In this document: in pieces, positions 18,268-27,833 of the stretch
Layout of the letters: every line of letters starts with the position of its first letter
How positions within the stretch are numbered: position 1 is the stretch's first letter
DNA from: Bacteroidales bacterium
GTDB taxonomy: Bacteria > Bacteroidota > Bacteroidia > Bacteroidales > UBA1402
Assembly (NCBI GenBank): GCA_035719105.1
Contig: DASTGN010000009.1
Location: 72,708-136,707 of the forward strand
Length of the DNA: 64,000 bases
Reading direction: 5' to 3'
Notes under the pieces: model-generated
What the model saw: the letters and a program-made list of their open reading frames with translations, nothing else
What the model was told of the DNA's origin: nothing
Database searches by the model: none
Translations under genes and position numbers: made by a program

Positions 18268-18852
18268 ATGAAAACTTATCAACTAACTGGTACGCCGAGA
18301 CCTGATTTCGGCAAAAAAGCGGCTAAAATTGTTCGCAATGAAGGAAATGTGCCCTGCGTACTCTACGGTGGTAGCGAAGTGGTTCACTTCTCTGCCTTGG
18401 ACAACGACTTGCGCGGACTGATCTACACTCCCGAAATTTTCCTCGTTGAGCTGACCCTTGGCGATAAAAAATACAAGAGCATTTTGAAAGATGCTCAATT
18501 TCACCCTGTTAAGGACACCACTTTACACTTGGACTTCTATGAAGTATCCGAAACCAAACCCATCTTGATGGACGTTCCCGTTCGCCTGAATGGTTTGGCC
18601 GATGGTGTTAAGAATGGTGGTAAACTGAGCCAGGAACTTCGCAAACTGAAAATCAAAGCTGTATATACCGATATCCCTGAAGTTCTCAACATTGATGTAA
18701 CCAACCTTGGATTGGGCAAAACCTTGCAAGTTGGAGCATTGAACTTCGACAAGCTAGAAATAGTTACCAACAAACAATCTGTCGTTTGTGCAGTCAAGTT
18801 GACTCGTGTTGCAAGAGGACTCGCAGCCGCAGCAGCTAAAGAAAAGAAATAA
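18268..18852 (+). CDS. rplY: 50S ribosomal protein L25 / general stress protein Ctc
   Basis: It contains GNVPCVLYGG and HPVKDTTLHLDF. It lies adjacent to pth. Confidence 0.88.
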   Translation: MKTYQLTGTPRPDFGKKAAKIVRNEGNVPCVLYGGSEVVHFSALDNDLRGLIYTPEIFLVELTLGDKKYKSILKDAQFHPVKDTTLHLDFYEVSETKPILMDVPVRLNGLADGVKNGGKLSQELRKLKIKAVYTDIPEVLNIDVTNLGLGKTLQVGALNFDKLEIVTNKQSVVCAVKLTRVARGLAAAAAKEKK

Positions 18853-18877
18853 GCGCTTTAAGGCCTTTCAATAAATG

Positions 18878-18916
18878 AAGGGATCGGGATTCGAAAGAAT
18901 TTCGATCCCTTTTTTG
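18878..18916 (+). terminator. Rho-independent terminator after rplY
   Basis: The stem AAGGGATCG / CGATCCCTT is followed by TTTTT. Confidence 0.7.
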
Positions 18917-18943
18917 TAGATTTGTGTAAAATTTAGAAATAAA

Positions 18944-19507
18944 ATGAATTTTTTGATTGTCGGTTTGGGAAATATTGGCGAGGAATACGCACACACCAGG
19001 CATAACATAGGCTTTGACGTTGTGGACGATTTGGCATTTGATGCCGGTGTGAAGTTCAAGACTGAACGCTATGGAGACATTGCCGAAGTGAAAGTGAAAA
19101 ACCATGTGATGATTTTGCTCAAGCCTTCTACCTTTATGAATTTAAGCGGAAATGCTGTCCGTTATTGGATGCAGACCAAAAAATTACCTATTGAACAGGT
19201 GCTGATCATCGTGGACGATTTGGCTTTGCCCTTTGGCAGCCTTCGACTGCGCGGCGATGGCGGAGATGCTGGCCACAACGGTCTCAACCACATCCAGGAA
19301 ACATTGGGCACTAAAAAATATGCACGATTACGCTTTGGCATCGGAAATGATTTCCCCAAAGGTTATCAAATTGATTATGTTTTAAGCGGTTGGACGCCTG
19401 AACAGTTGGAAACGCTTCCGGAACGCATCACTACTGCCGGAGCCATTGCCAAGAGCTTTTGTTTGAGCGGACTTCACCGCACCATGAACGATTACAACAA
19501 ACGCTGA
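18944..19507 (+). CDS. pth: Peptidyl-tRNA hydrolase
   Basis: The motifs [18 protein letters not shown] and GHNGL are present. Confidence 0.95.
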   Translation: MNFLIVGLGNIGEEYAHTRHNIGFDVVDDLAFDAGVKFKTERYGDIAEVKVKNHVMILLKPSTFMNLSGNAVRYWMQTKKLPIEQVLIIVDDLALPFGSLRLRGDGGDAGHNGLNHIQETLGTKKYARLRFGIGNDFPKGYQIDYVLSGWTPEQLETLPERITTAGAIAKSFCLSGLHRTMNDYNKR

Positions 19508-19917
19508 TGGCCGGGGAAGTTCGAATTGACAAGTGGTTGTGGGCTGCCAGAGTCTTCAAGACCAGGAACATTGCTGCAGAAGCCTGTAAAAAGGGACGCA
19601 TCAGCATGAATGGCAGCAATTTGAAAGCATCCAGAACCGTCAAGGTCGGCGATGTGATTCAAGTCAGAAAGGCACCCATCGTTTGGTCTTTCAAAGTCTT
19701 GCAAGCTACCGGGAATCGTGTCGGAGCCAAATTAGTGACGGAAGTCTTGGAAAACGTGACAACGGCGGATCAGCTGGAATTGTTGGAACTCAGCAAATTG
19801 AACGGTTACACTGGTAGATCGCGTGGAACAGGGCGACCGACCAAAAAAGACCGAAGAGACATCGATGAATTCGCAGAAAGTGTGGATGATGATTTCGATT
19901 TTGAATTTGATTTTTAA
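19507..19917 (+). CDS. hslR: Hsp15-like S4-domain RNA-binding heat-shock protein
   Basis: The S4 motif is RIDKWLWAARVFKTR. Its start overlaps the pth stop as TGATG. Confidence 0.8.
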   Translation: MAGEVRIDKWLWAARVFKTRNIAAEACKKGRISMNGSNLKASRTVKVGDVIQVRKAPIVWSFKVLQATGNRVGAKLVTEVLENVTTADQLELLELSKLNGYTGRSRGTGRPTKKDRRDIDEFAESVDDDFDFEFDF

Positions 19918-19934
19918 TTCAGAAAGGGTATAAA

Positions 19935-20789
19935 ATGGATTTGAGCATCATTATCCTAAACTTCAACGGCAAATCCTGGTTGGAAAATCTACTGACCTCG
20001 TTACAGTCGTATTGGTTGAATCAAACTCGGTATGTAACGGAAGTCGTTGTGGTGGACAATGCCAGTACGGATGACTCTGTCAGTTATTTACAGTCGCTGT
20101 CGGGTATCAGACTAATTTGCTCAGACCAAAACGGCGGCTTTGCTTACGGTAACAATCTTGCCCTGCGAAACAATCCTTCCCGCTATGTGATGTTGCTCAA
20201 CAGCGATACAGAATTTCTGCCACAGGGTTCCAACTTGGATTCGTTGATTGAGTACATGGATGAGGAGCCCAACGTTGGAATTGTAACGCCGAACTTGAGA
20301 TTGGACTCAGGATTACCGGACTCAGCGTGTCATCGGGGTGAACCGACACCCTGGGCAGCTTTCACTTATTTTTCGGGGCTGGAGCGAATGTTTCCCCGAA
20401 GTAAAATGTTTGGACAATACCACCAAACGTTTAAGTCCTCTAAAATCATTCACAACATTGATGCCTGCTCGGGTGCTGCCATGTTGGTTCGGAACGATGC
20501 CATTTCCAAAGTGGGTTTGTTGGATGAACAGTTCTTTATGTATGCCGAAGACATTGACTGGTGCAGACGTTTTAGAGAGGCTGGTTATCAGGTGATGTAT
20601 TATCCTGAAGTCACCCTTATTCACCATAAATATCAATCGGGTTTGGGAAACAGCGATGATAAAATCAAAAAAGAAGTTCACAAATGGTTTTACATGACCA
20701 TGTTGCAATACTACGACAAGCATTACAAAAAGAAATACCCTCCTTTTTACCGTTGGGCGTTAAAAGGTTTTCTGGCTTTGAAACGTTAG
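19935..20789 (+). CDS. Family 2 glycosyltransferase
   Basis: It has IIILNFNG, VVDNASTDDS, an LNSD DxD-like region and a YAEDIDWC motif. Confidence 0.8.
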   Translation: MDLSIIILNFNGKSWLENLLTSLQSYWLNQTRYVTEVVVVDNASTDDSVSYLQSLSGIRLICSDQNGGFAYGNNLALRNNPSRYVMLLNSDTEFLPQGSNLDSLIEYMDEEPNVGIVTPNLRLDSGLPDSACHRGEPTPWAAFTYFSGLERMFPRSKMFGQYHQTFKSSKIIHNIDACSGAAMLVRNDAISKVGLLDEQFFMYAEDIDWCRRFREAGYQVMYYPEVTLIHHKYQSGLGNSDDKIKKEVHKWFYMTMLQYYDKHYKKKYPPFYRWALKGFLALKR

Positions 20790-21313
20790 GACGGAAAACA
20801 TTGATAGACATACACATCTTCTAATCCCTGAGAAGCTTTGTTCCACTTTCGGAGCAAGCCGGATTCTGTAAAACCACAACGTCGGAACAAATGCTGGCTG
20901 GCAATGTTCATAGCCGGAATGAATGCATACAGTTGATTCAGTTGTAGGAAATGGAAAGCATAGCCTTTCATTAGGTTTAAGGCCTCGATGGCGAAACCTT
21001 GTTTTTGGTGTTCCGCATCAATTAGAATACCGATTCCGGCGCGTAAGTGAAAGGGGTCGAAATCGTAGAGGTCAATGGTACCAACAGGCTCATCCGTAGC
21101 CGTTTCAATAATCATTAGGCGAAGTTGTTTGGCTTCGTACAAATCCTGCCCCGAGTTTTCGATGTATTGACGGAGCACAAATCTGGAAAATGGGGTCAAC
21201 GTGCTGCCAAAAGCCCACAACCGATCGTCATTTTCCCAACGATACAGGCTATCCAGGTCTTCTGGTTCCAACGCACGAAGCCGAATTCGTTTGTTTTCCA
21301 AGAGCTTATCCAT
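20786..21313 (-). CDS. GNAT family N-acetyltransferase (RimJ/RimL-like)
   Basis: LRALEPEDLD and QKQGFAIEAL (acetyl-CoA-binding region) are present. Length is 175 aa. Confidence 0.8.
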   Translation of the reverse strand: MDKLLENKRIRLRALEPEDLDSLYRWENDDRLWAFGSTLTPFSRFVLRQYIENSGQDLYEAKQLRLMIIETATDEPVGTIDLYDFDPFHLRAGIGILIDAEHQKQGFAIEALNLMKGYAFHFLQLNQLYAFIPAMNIASQHLFRRCGFTESGLLRKWNKASQGLEDVYVYQCFPS

Positions 21314-21807
21314 TATTCTGATCCCAAATCTTCGTTGTTTTTTTCATCTTCATCTTCCGGCTTGGTCAAACCGGCTTCCATGATGAGACGTCCTCTGGAG
21401 GGCATGATAAACATGGTCAGCATGATGACCACCGCAAAAAGCATGGGCGCTCCTTTCATGATGGTAAACACATGCATGAACAGCACCAAAACTCCAAATA
21501 CAAAGAAAAGTCCCTGACGAATACGTGAGTAAGTTTCGTAGCGGTTCAACCGTTTCGGAATGTCTGTTTCTTTGAGTAGGTTGGTCATTTTATTTCGAAA
21601 CCACATAAAGGTACCGGGTAGACCCAACAACATGAGTAGCAGCAAAATGGACTGCAGGGTGATGGTCAAGCCTGGTTCGAACTTTTTCATTTCGGGAGCA
21701 AAAAAGACGCTCATGACACCTAAAATAGATAAAGCTGCGTACCAAATGTACATTTCAGTCTTGAGCGATTTTACAATGGTTTGTATTTGTTTTTCGTAGA
21801 TTTCCAT
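21313..21807 (-). CDS. Hypothetical membrane protein
   Basis: It has four predicted hydrophobic helices and an acidic C-terminal tail. I recognised no motif. Confidence 0.5.
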   Translation of the reverse strand: MEIYEKQIQTIVKSLKTEMYIWYAALSILGVMSVFFAPEMKKFEPGLTITLQSILLLLMLLGLPGTFMWFRNKMTNLLKETDIPKRLNRYETYSRIRQGLFFVFGVLVLFMHVFTIMKGAPMLFAVVIMLTMFIMPSRGRLIMEAGLTKPEDEDEKNNEDLGSE

Positions 21808-21818
21808 AGTGTATTTGA

Positions 21819-22430
21819 TTAACTTTTAAATTCAATTCGATTGACAATGGAACGGCCTAAGGTGATTTCATCCGCGTATTCCAGCTCATCGCCAACAGCG
21901 ACTCCACGGGCAATGGTAGTGATTTTCACATTCAGACCGACTAGTTTTCGATACAGGTAGAAGGCTGTGGCATCGCCTTCCATGGTAGCAGAAAGGGCCA
22001 ACAAGATTTCGTCCGGTTTTTCGTTTCGGACGCGTTCGACCAAACTTTCAATTTCCAAATCGGATGGGCCAACACCGTCCATGGGCGAGATAAGCCCTCC
22101 AAGTACGTGATAAACCCCTTGATACTGCGCGGTGCCTTCAACAGCCATGACTTCACGAACATTTTCGACCACGCAGATGAGCAGATGATCTCTCCGGAAA
22201 TCGGAACAAACCGGGCAAACATCGGAATCGGAAATGTTGTGACAATGAATGCAATGCTTGACCTCTTTCCGAAGGCGGATGACGGCGTTGCCAAACGTTG
22301 TGACCTGATCTTCCGGTTGGCGGAGCAGATGAAGGACCAACCTTAACGCCGTTTTTTTTCCAATGCCGGGCAAACGGGAAAATTCGTGGACAGCTTCTTC
22401 GAGCAGGGCGGAAGGATAGTTTGGAAGCAT
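21819..22430 (-). CDS. recR: Recombination protein RecR
   Basis: The helix-hairpin-helix is [12 protein letters not shown], the zinc finger is CIHCHN followed by CPVC, and a Toprim region is present. Confidence 0.95.
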   Translation of the reverse strand: MLPNYPSALLEEAVHEFSRLPGIGKKTALRLVLHLLRQPEDQVTTFGNAVIRLRKEVKHCIHCHNISDSDVCPVCSDFRRDHLLICVVENVREVMAVEGTAQYQGVYHVLGGLISPMDGVGPSDLEIESLVERVRNEKPDEILLALSATMEGDATAFYLYRKLVGLNVKITTIARGVAVGDELEYADEITLGRSIVNRIEFKS

Positions 22431-22518
22431 TGGTCAAAATCGTTTAATTACTACAAATATAGAGCCAAAAACTCGCTTTGTCAAACGTTCGGAGAATTAA
22501 TGTTACCTTTGTGCTAAG

Positions 22519-23946
22519 ATGGGAAACTTGGTTATTTTACTCATTCTGCTGGGCTATTTTGGTCTGTTGATGTTGATTTCAGCCTGGGTAGGCAAATCAT
22601 CCGGTAACGATGCATTTTTTACCGGAAACCGCCGTGCACCTTGGTATGTGGTCTCCATCGGAATGATTGGTTCGTCGATTTCGGGCGTAAGTTTCATTTC
22701 CGTACCCGGGATGGTTGCCGGCAATGGTTTTCTGTACCTGCAAACAGTGGCCGGTTTCTTTTTTGGCTACATAATTCTTGCAAAAGTCTTATTACCTGTT
22801 TATTATAAGCTTGATTCGCCCAGCATTTACGTTTATTTGAAACAACGGTTCGGTGGCAGCGCCTACAAAACCGGTGCCTGGTTTTTTCTATTGTCGAAAG
22901 CAATTGGTGCTTCGGCCCGGGTGTATGTGGCGGTGCTGGTCCTGCACGAATTCATCCTAAAAAGTTGGGGGGTATCGTTTACAGCCACTTCCATCGTGGT
23001 GATTGCCATGATTTGGTTATACACGTTTAGAAGTGGCACCAAAACCATCATTTGGACGGATTTGATCCAAACCGTATTCATGGTTGCAGCCATGTTGCTG
23101 ATGTTGCTGCAGTTCAGTCGTGGACTGGATTTGGATGCGAAGGGCATTTGGAATACCGTTTTGAACAGTGATTACTCGCGGGTATTCGAGTTTGGAGATT
23201 GGACGAACAAGCAGTTCTTCTTCAAACAATTCTTCAGCGGCATCTTCATCGTATTGGTTATGACAGGTTTGGATCAGGAAATGATTCAAAAAAACCGAAC
23301 CATTCACGATTTGGACAAGGCGCAACGAAACATGTACTGGTATGGTTTCACGTTTTTGCCCATCAACCTGATTCTTCTGGTGATTGGGGTGCTGATGTAT
23401 GTTTTTGCTGCACAAAAAGGCATTGCATTGCCCAGTTCTCCGGACTCCGTGCTTCCAGTGTTGGCTACTGAGCAATTTGCAGGTGGTATCGGTGTTTTGC
23501 TCTTGCTGATCGGCGTTGTTTCAGCTACTTTTTCAGGTGCCGATTCGTCCATGACGGCTATCACGACTTCCTTCTGCATCGACATCCTTGGTCGTGAGGA
23601 TGAAGTGCGAACCAGGCGTAGGGTTCATGCGTCAGTAGCCCTGCTTTTTGTGGGTATCATCCTGTTGTTCAGAGCCATAAATAGCCTGACGTTGATCGAT
23701 GCCATCTATACCATTGCTTCGTACACCTACGGTCCACTGTTGGGTTTGTTTGCCTTTGGCATGTTCACCAAAAAGAAGGCCAACGACCGATGGATTCCGC
23801 TTATCGCCTTGGCTTCTCCTTTGTTCTGCTTTGCTTTGCAGGCCTTTACCGCAAAGGTTTTTGGGTATCGTTTCAGCTATGAATTGCTAATGTTGAACGG
23901 TCTGCTTACCTTTACGGGACTTTGGTTCACTTCCAATAAAAAATAA
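22519..23946 (+). CDS. Sodium:solute symporter family transporter
   Basis: It has about 13 hydrophobic helices and an N-terminus typical of the SSF family (FFTGNRRAPWYVV). Confidence 0.8.
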   Translation: MGNLVILLILLGYFGLLMLISAWVGKSSGNDAFFTGNRRAPWYVVSIGMIGSSISGVSFISVPGMVAGNGFLYLQTVAGFFFGYIILAKVLLPVYYKLDSPSIYVYLKQRFGGSAYKTGAWFFLLSKAIGASARVYVAVLVLHEFILKSWGVSFTATSIVVIAMIWLYTFRSGTKTIIWTDLIQTVFMVAAMLLMLLQFSRGLDLDAKGIWNTVLNSDYSRVFEFGDWTNKQFFFKQFFSGIFIVLVMTGLDQEMIQKNRTIHDLDKAQRNMYWYGFTFLPINLILLVIGVLMYVFAAQKGIALPSSPDSVLPVLATEQFAGGIGVLLLLIGVVSATFSGADSSMTAITTSFCIDILGREDEVRTRRRVHASVALLFVGIILLFRAINSLTLIDAIYTIASYTYGPLLGLFAFGMFTKKKANDRWIPLIALASPLFCFALQAFTAKVFGYRFSYELLMLNGLLTFTGLWFTSNKK

Positions 23947-23949
23947 TCG

Positions 23950-24558
23950 ATGCATATACAATCCGCCTCCTTTGTCGTCAGTAATTCCAAACGTACCTCT
24001 TGCCCCCAGGACGGCTTGCAGGAGTATGCCTTCATCGGTAGGTCCAATGTGGGGAAATCTTCGCTCATCAACATGCTGACCAATGTGAAGGATTTGGCGA
24101 AAACGTCTTCCAAACCTGGCAAAACACTGTTAATCAATCACTTTCTGGTAAACCAAGAATGGTACATCGTCGACTTGCCTGGATATGGTTACGCGAAGAT
24201 CAGTAAATCCATGCGGGAATCCGTGCACAAGATGATCACAGATTACGTGACCAAACGGGAACAGTTGGCTTGCCTGTTTGTACTGCTCGATTCCAGGCAT
24301 GAACCTCAGGAAATCGATATGGAGTTTTTGGAATTCCTAGGGGAAAACGGCGTTCCATTTGCCATCATCTTTACCAAAACGGATAAAGTATCACAGGCAG
24401 AAGTTGGTAAAAACATCCGCAAGTTCAAGGAAAAAATGTTGCAGACCTGGGAAGAATTGCCTGCTATATTTCAGACTTCGTCCAAGAAAAACAGAGGCCG
24501 GGAGGAAGTTTTGAACTACATCGAATCGATTATTCAGACGATTCGTGAAAACGATTGA
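23950..24558 (+). CDS. engB: Ribosome biogenesis GTPase YsxC/EngB
   Basis: The G1 motif is [13 protein letters not shown]3 is DLPGYG and G4 is TKTDK. Confidence 0.93.
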   Translation: MHIQSASFVVSNSKRTSCPQDGLQEYAFIGRSNVGKSSLINMLTNVKDLAKTSSKPGKTLLINHFLVNQEWYIVDLPGYGYAKISKSMRESVHKMITDYVTKREQLACLFVLLDSRHEPQEIDMEFLEFLGENGVPFAIIFTKTDKVSQAEVGKNIRKFKEKMLQTWEELPAIFQTSSKKNRGREEVLNYIESIIQTIREND

Positions 24559-25204
24559 ACACGGTTCTCAAGGAATTATCCAACCCTTTTATCTTGCTAT
24601 TGATGAACCAGTTGTAACTCAACAACGCGGAAATCGTACCGATTGCCGAACCCACCACCACATCAATTGGAAAATGTTGGGAAAGGTATAATCTGGAATA
24701 ACCCACCAACATCGCAGCTATTAGGAACAACATTTGCCAAACCGGGCGTTTGTTGATGAGCGCCAGTGCCATGAACAATGCAAACGCTCCAGTGGTGTGA
24801 CCGGATGGGAAACTGTGTGCCGAATGCAGGTGCACCCCGGTTACATAATGAATGTCTGGTAGCGTATCGAAAATTACTTTGGGACGGGGAGCATCGAACC
24901 AGATAAATCGTTTAGCGAGTTGCACCAGCAGAAATCCCATCAGGGAAGATACGGCAGTAATCAACGCATGACGGTATTTCATAAAACATTGAATCAAGAT
25001 GATGGGACCGATCAGTGCAAAAGTCCCGAACAGCGTCCAGTATTTAAAAAAGACATCTAAGAGGGGCGTATTCATTTTATTAATGAACAAACTGATTTCC
25101 AGATTACTATGGAAAGACAAAATTAAAGTTCCCAATGCTAGGACTTGAAGGTAAGTAATCAATAAAAAACGGCGTTTTCGGATTAATTCGGCAATTTTAA
25201 ACAT
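24530..25204 (-). CDS. PAP2-family membrane phosphatase
   Basis: The PSGH and [12 protein letters not shown] (SRx5Hx3D) motifs are present, with multiple TM helices. Confidence 0.8.
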   Translation of the reverse strand: MFKIAELIRKRRFLLITYLQVLALGTLILSFHSNLEISLFINKMNTPLLDVFFKYWTLFGTFALIGPIILIQCFMKYRHALITAVSSLMGFLLVQLAKRFIWFDAPRPKVIFDTLPDIHYVTGVHLHSAHSFPSGHTTGAFALFMALALINKRPVWQMLFLIAAMLVGYSRLYLSQHFPIDVVVGSAIGTISALLSYNWFINSKIKGLDNSLRTVFNRFHESSE

Positions 25205-25324
25205 AAGGCTATTAGTATCAATTAAGTACCTGCAAAGATAGGATTTTGAATCCTTAATAAACCTTAAAGTGGAACACCGTCCAAAAATTATTGTATTTTT
25301 GTATTCCTTATAAAAATCAACCGC

Positions 25325-26590
25325 GTGGACCTTTTTGACCGCATAAAAACCTCCGAAGAACCCGTTTCCAAATTAGCCAGGCAAATGCATGGTTATTTTA
25401 CCTATCCGAAATTGGAAGGGCCGCTGGGTCCAAGGATGAAATTCCGCGGTCGGGAGGTTTTAAATTGGAACATCAGCGATTATATGGGATTTGCCTGCAA
25501 CGATGAAATCAGGCATTCTGATGAAGAGGCCGTTCTCAAATACGGTCTGTCCTACCCTGTCGGCAACCGAATGATGTCTGGACATACCAGTTTACACGAA
25601 AAGCTGGAGTCACTATTGGCTGAATTCACCGGCAAACAAGATGCGTTTGTATTGAATTTCGGCTATCAGGGTTTTTTGTCGATTATCGATACCTTATGCA
25701 GCAGGAACGATGTCATTGTTTACGATGCCGAAGTGCATGCTTCGCTGGTAGATGGCATTCGACTCCACATGGGCAAGCATTTCGTGTTTCAGCACAACGA
25801 CATGGACAACCTCGAAAAGCAATTGGTCAAAGCGGAAGCCTCTGCATTGGAATCGCAAGGTGGCGTGTTGGTCGTGACGCACGGTGTTTTTGGAACTGGT
25901 GGTGAATATGCCAAATTGGACAAAATCGTCAAGCTCAAGAAAAAATTCAATTTCAGACTGATGGTCAACGATGCCGACGGTTTCGGCATGGAAGGTGAAA
26001 CAGGTGCTGGAACGGGTGAACATTTCGGCATCAACAAGGACATCGATATTTATATGGGGTCCTTTTCCAAAGCTTTTGCTTCCATCGGTGGTTTCGCCGC
26101 TGGGCCTGAAGTGATCATGAATTACCTCAGGTATCATACCCGCTCGCAAATCCATTCCAAAGCGCTTCCAGCCATTTATGTGGAAGCAGTGATCAAGCGG
26201 TTGGCCTTTTTACAAAGTCATCCCAAATTAATCAAAGATTTGCACAAGAAGGCTGATCATTTTCGGAAAAAGTTGCGTAAAAACGACTTCAATACCGGGA
26301 ATTCGAACGCCTGCATCATACCCATCTATCTTCCCTGCTCCATTTACGAAGCGTTGAATCTCGTGATCGATTTGCGAGAGAATTACAACATCTTCTGCCC
26401 CATCTTGGTTTATCCGTTTGCCAGGAAAGACGAATTATTGCTTCGTTTCTTACCCACGGTCAATCATACCAAAGAAGACATTGACTATACGGTCGATGCG
26501 TTGGTTGCTGTTCGTGACAATCTCCAATCGGGCAAATATGCCACTGATAAATCAGATTTTTTTGGAGAGGCAGACTTACCTAAAGATTAG
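25325..26590 (+). CDS. Alpha-oxoamine synthase family PLP enzyme, serine palmitoyltransferase / 8-amino-7-oxononanoate synthase-like
   Basis: The PLP-lysine region is SFSKAFASIGGF, and the DADG motif is NDADGFG. It uses a GTG start and is 421 aa long. Confidence 0.75.
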   Translation: MDLFDRIKTSEEPVSKLARQMHGYFTYPKLEGPLGPRMKFRGREVLNWNISDYMGFACNDEIRHSDEEAVLKYGLSYPVGNRMMSGHTSLHEKLESLLAEFTGKQDAFVLNFGYQGFLSIIDTLCSRNDVIVYDAEVHASLVDGIRLHMGKHFVFQHNDMDNLEKQLVKAEASALESQGGVLVVTHGVFGTGGEYAKLDKIVKLKKKFNFRLMVNDADGFGMEGETGAGTGEHFGINKDIDIYMGSFSKAFASIGGFAAGPEVIMNYLRYHTRSQIHSKALPAIYVEAVIKRLAFLQSHPKLIKDLHKKADHFRKKLRKNDFNTGNSNACIIPIYLPCSIYEALNLVIDLRENYNIFCPILVYPFARKDELLLRFLPTVNHTKEDIDYTVDALVAVRDNLQSGKYATDKSDFFGEADLPKD

Positions 26591-27657
26591 CCGTTTATCT
26601 TTTTCCACTTCAAGTACTTCTCAAGCACCTTGAGTGGCGTATCGGTGTACCAGCCATAACCGTTGCGGCGTTCGTATCCGATTTCTGACAAATCGTATTT
26701 GATGATGCCGTCACGATCGCAAACAAAGGGTTTGTTGGTGTCCAATTCATAAAAACGTGCCCACAAGTCGTTGCCTTCGGTGCTTTCCACCCATCGGCGA
26801 TCGAGTTTGCCTTCCGCATTGGTGAATAGCTGAACCCGATGATCATGAATTCGTGTTGCTTCAAACCAAGCTATTGCACCTTCAACGGCTTCTTTGACCG
26901 CTTTGGAAGGATTTTTCAAATCCATGAGCAATTGAACCAATCCCACCGATTCGGAACCACTTAAAGAAGGTAATTCATAGGCTCTTGCCTTGGCTGGCAA
27001 TAAAGTTTTTTCATCGTGTTGTGCGCACCAAACTGTTTTTCTACCGTTTTGAACGTATTGCGTTTTTAGAATGCAATCAAGGCCTTTTTCGAAGGATGCC
27101 TTGGCTTCAGCCTGATCTTTCTTTTCAGTAATTCCTGCAAAAAGAGGGTTTCCAACCGCAATGGCATTCATCAACAACATAGCGTTCAACATGGCATTGT
27201 CATTGAACGTGATGTGGGTGTAATAGCCTTTGTTCCGTGCAAATTGTTTAAAACCGCCGTTGGCGTATTGCAGGGAATGCAAAAAAGACAATCCTTTCAG
27301 AAAGGCGGTCTTATATTGGCAATCTTTGGTTGCCTGGTACATTTTGGCTACGAAAAGCATTTCGGAATAGGTCGCACCGTTGTCGATGGTGGTTTCTTCC
27401 GGATCTTCCTTTTCTGCTTGATACTTAGTTATCTGATCAGCGCTCAGGGTATCTTTGTAAAATTTAATATTCTTGGGCCAGCCACCATTGTCGTGTTGAA
27501 GCAACAAGACATTTGACGCTACATGCAAAGATTGAGGTGTTCCATACCAGGCGGAATCTTGAAAAAGGGTGCCACCAGCGTTGCGTAAAGTTTGAGCCTG
27601 AATGGTCGAAACGATTGCAAAAAGCAAAATTGGTACAATGAATCGTTTGGTATACAT
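26587..27657 (-). CDS. PelA/Pel-15E-like (PL10) pectate lyase, secreted
   Basis: A signal peptide runs from the ATG at 27657. NGGWPKN and related motifs match what I recall of PL10 enzymes. Confidence 0.55.
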   Translation of the reverse strand: MYTKRFIVPILLFAIVSTIQAQTLRNAGGTLFQDSAWYGTPQSLHVASNVLLLQHDNGGWPKNIKFYKDTLSADQITKYQAEKEDPEETTIDNGATYSEMLFVAKMYQATKDCQYKTAFLKGLSFLHSLQYANGGFKQFARNKGYYTHITFNDNAMLNAMLLMNAIAVGNPLFAGITEKKDQAEAKASFEKGLDCILKTQYVQNGRKTVWCAQHDEKTLLPAKARAYELPSLSGSESVGLVQLLMDLKNPSKAVKEAVEGAIAWFEATRIHDHRVQLFTNAEGKLDRRWVESTEGNDLWARFYELDTNKPFVCDRDGIIKYDLSEIGYERRNGYGWYTDTPLKVLEKYLKWKKING

Positions 27658-27833
27658 AGGAGCCGAATTAATTGGAAACGCCACAAAGAAAAGAAACTTT
27701 ATGTAGATTGGTGTTTAATAATCAACAGATATGGGGTACTTTTTAACATTTTAAGTTTTGTTTGCGTATTCCGTCGGAAAACCTTTACTTTGTTGATAAA
27801 GGATTGGTTTAGCCAATAAATGCACCCCGAATT

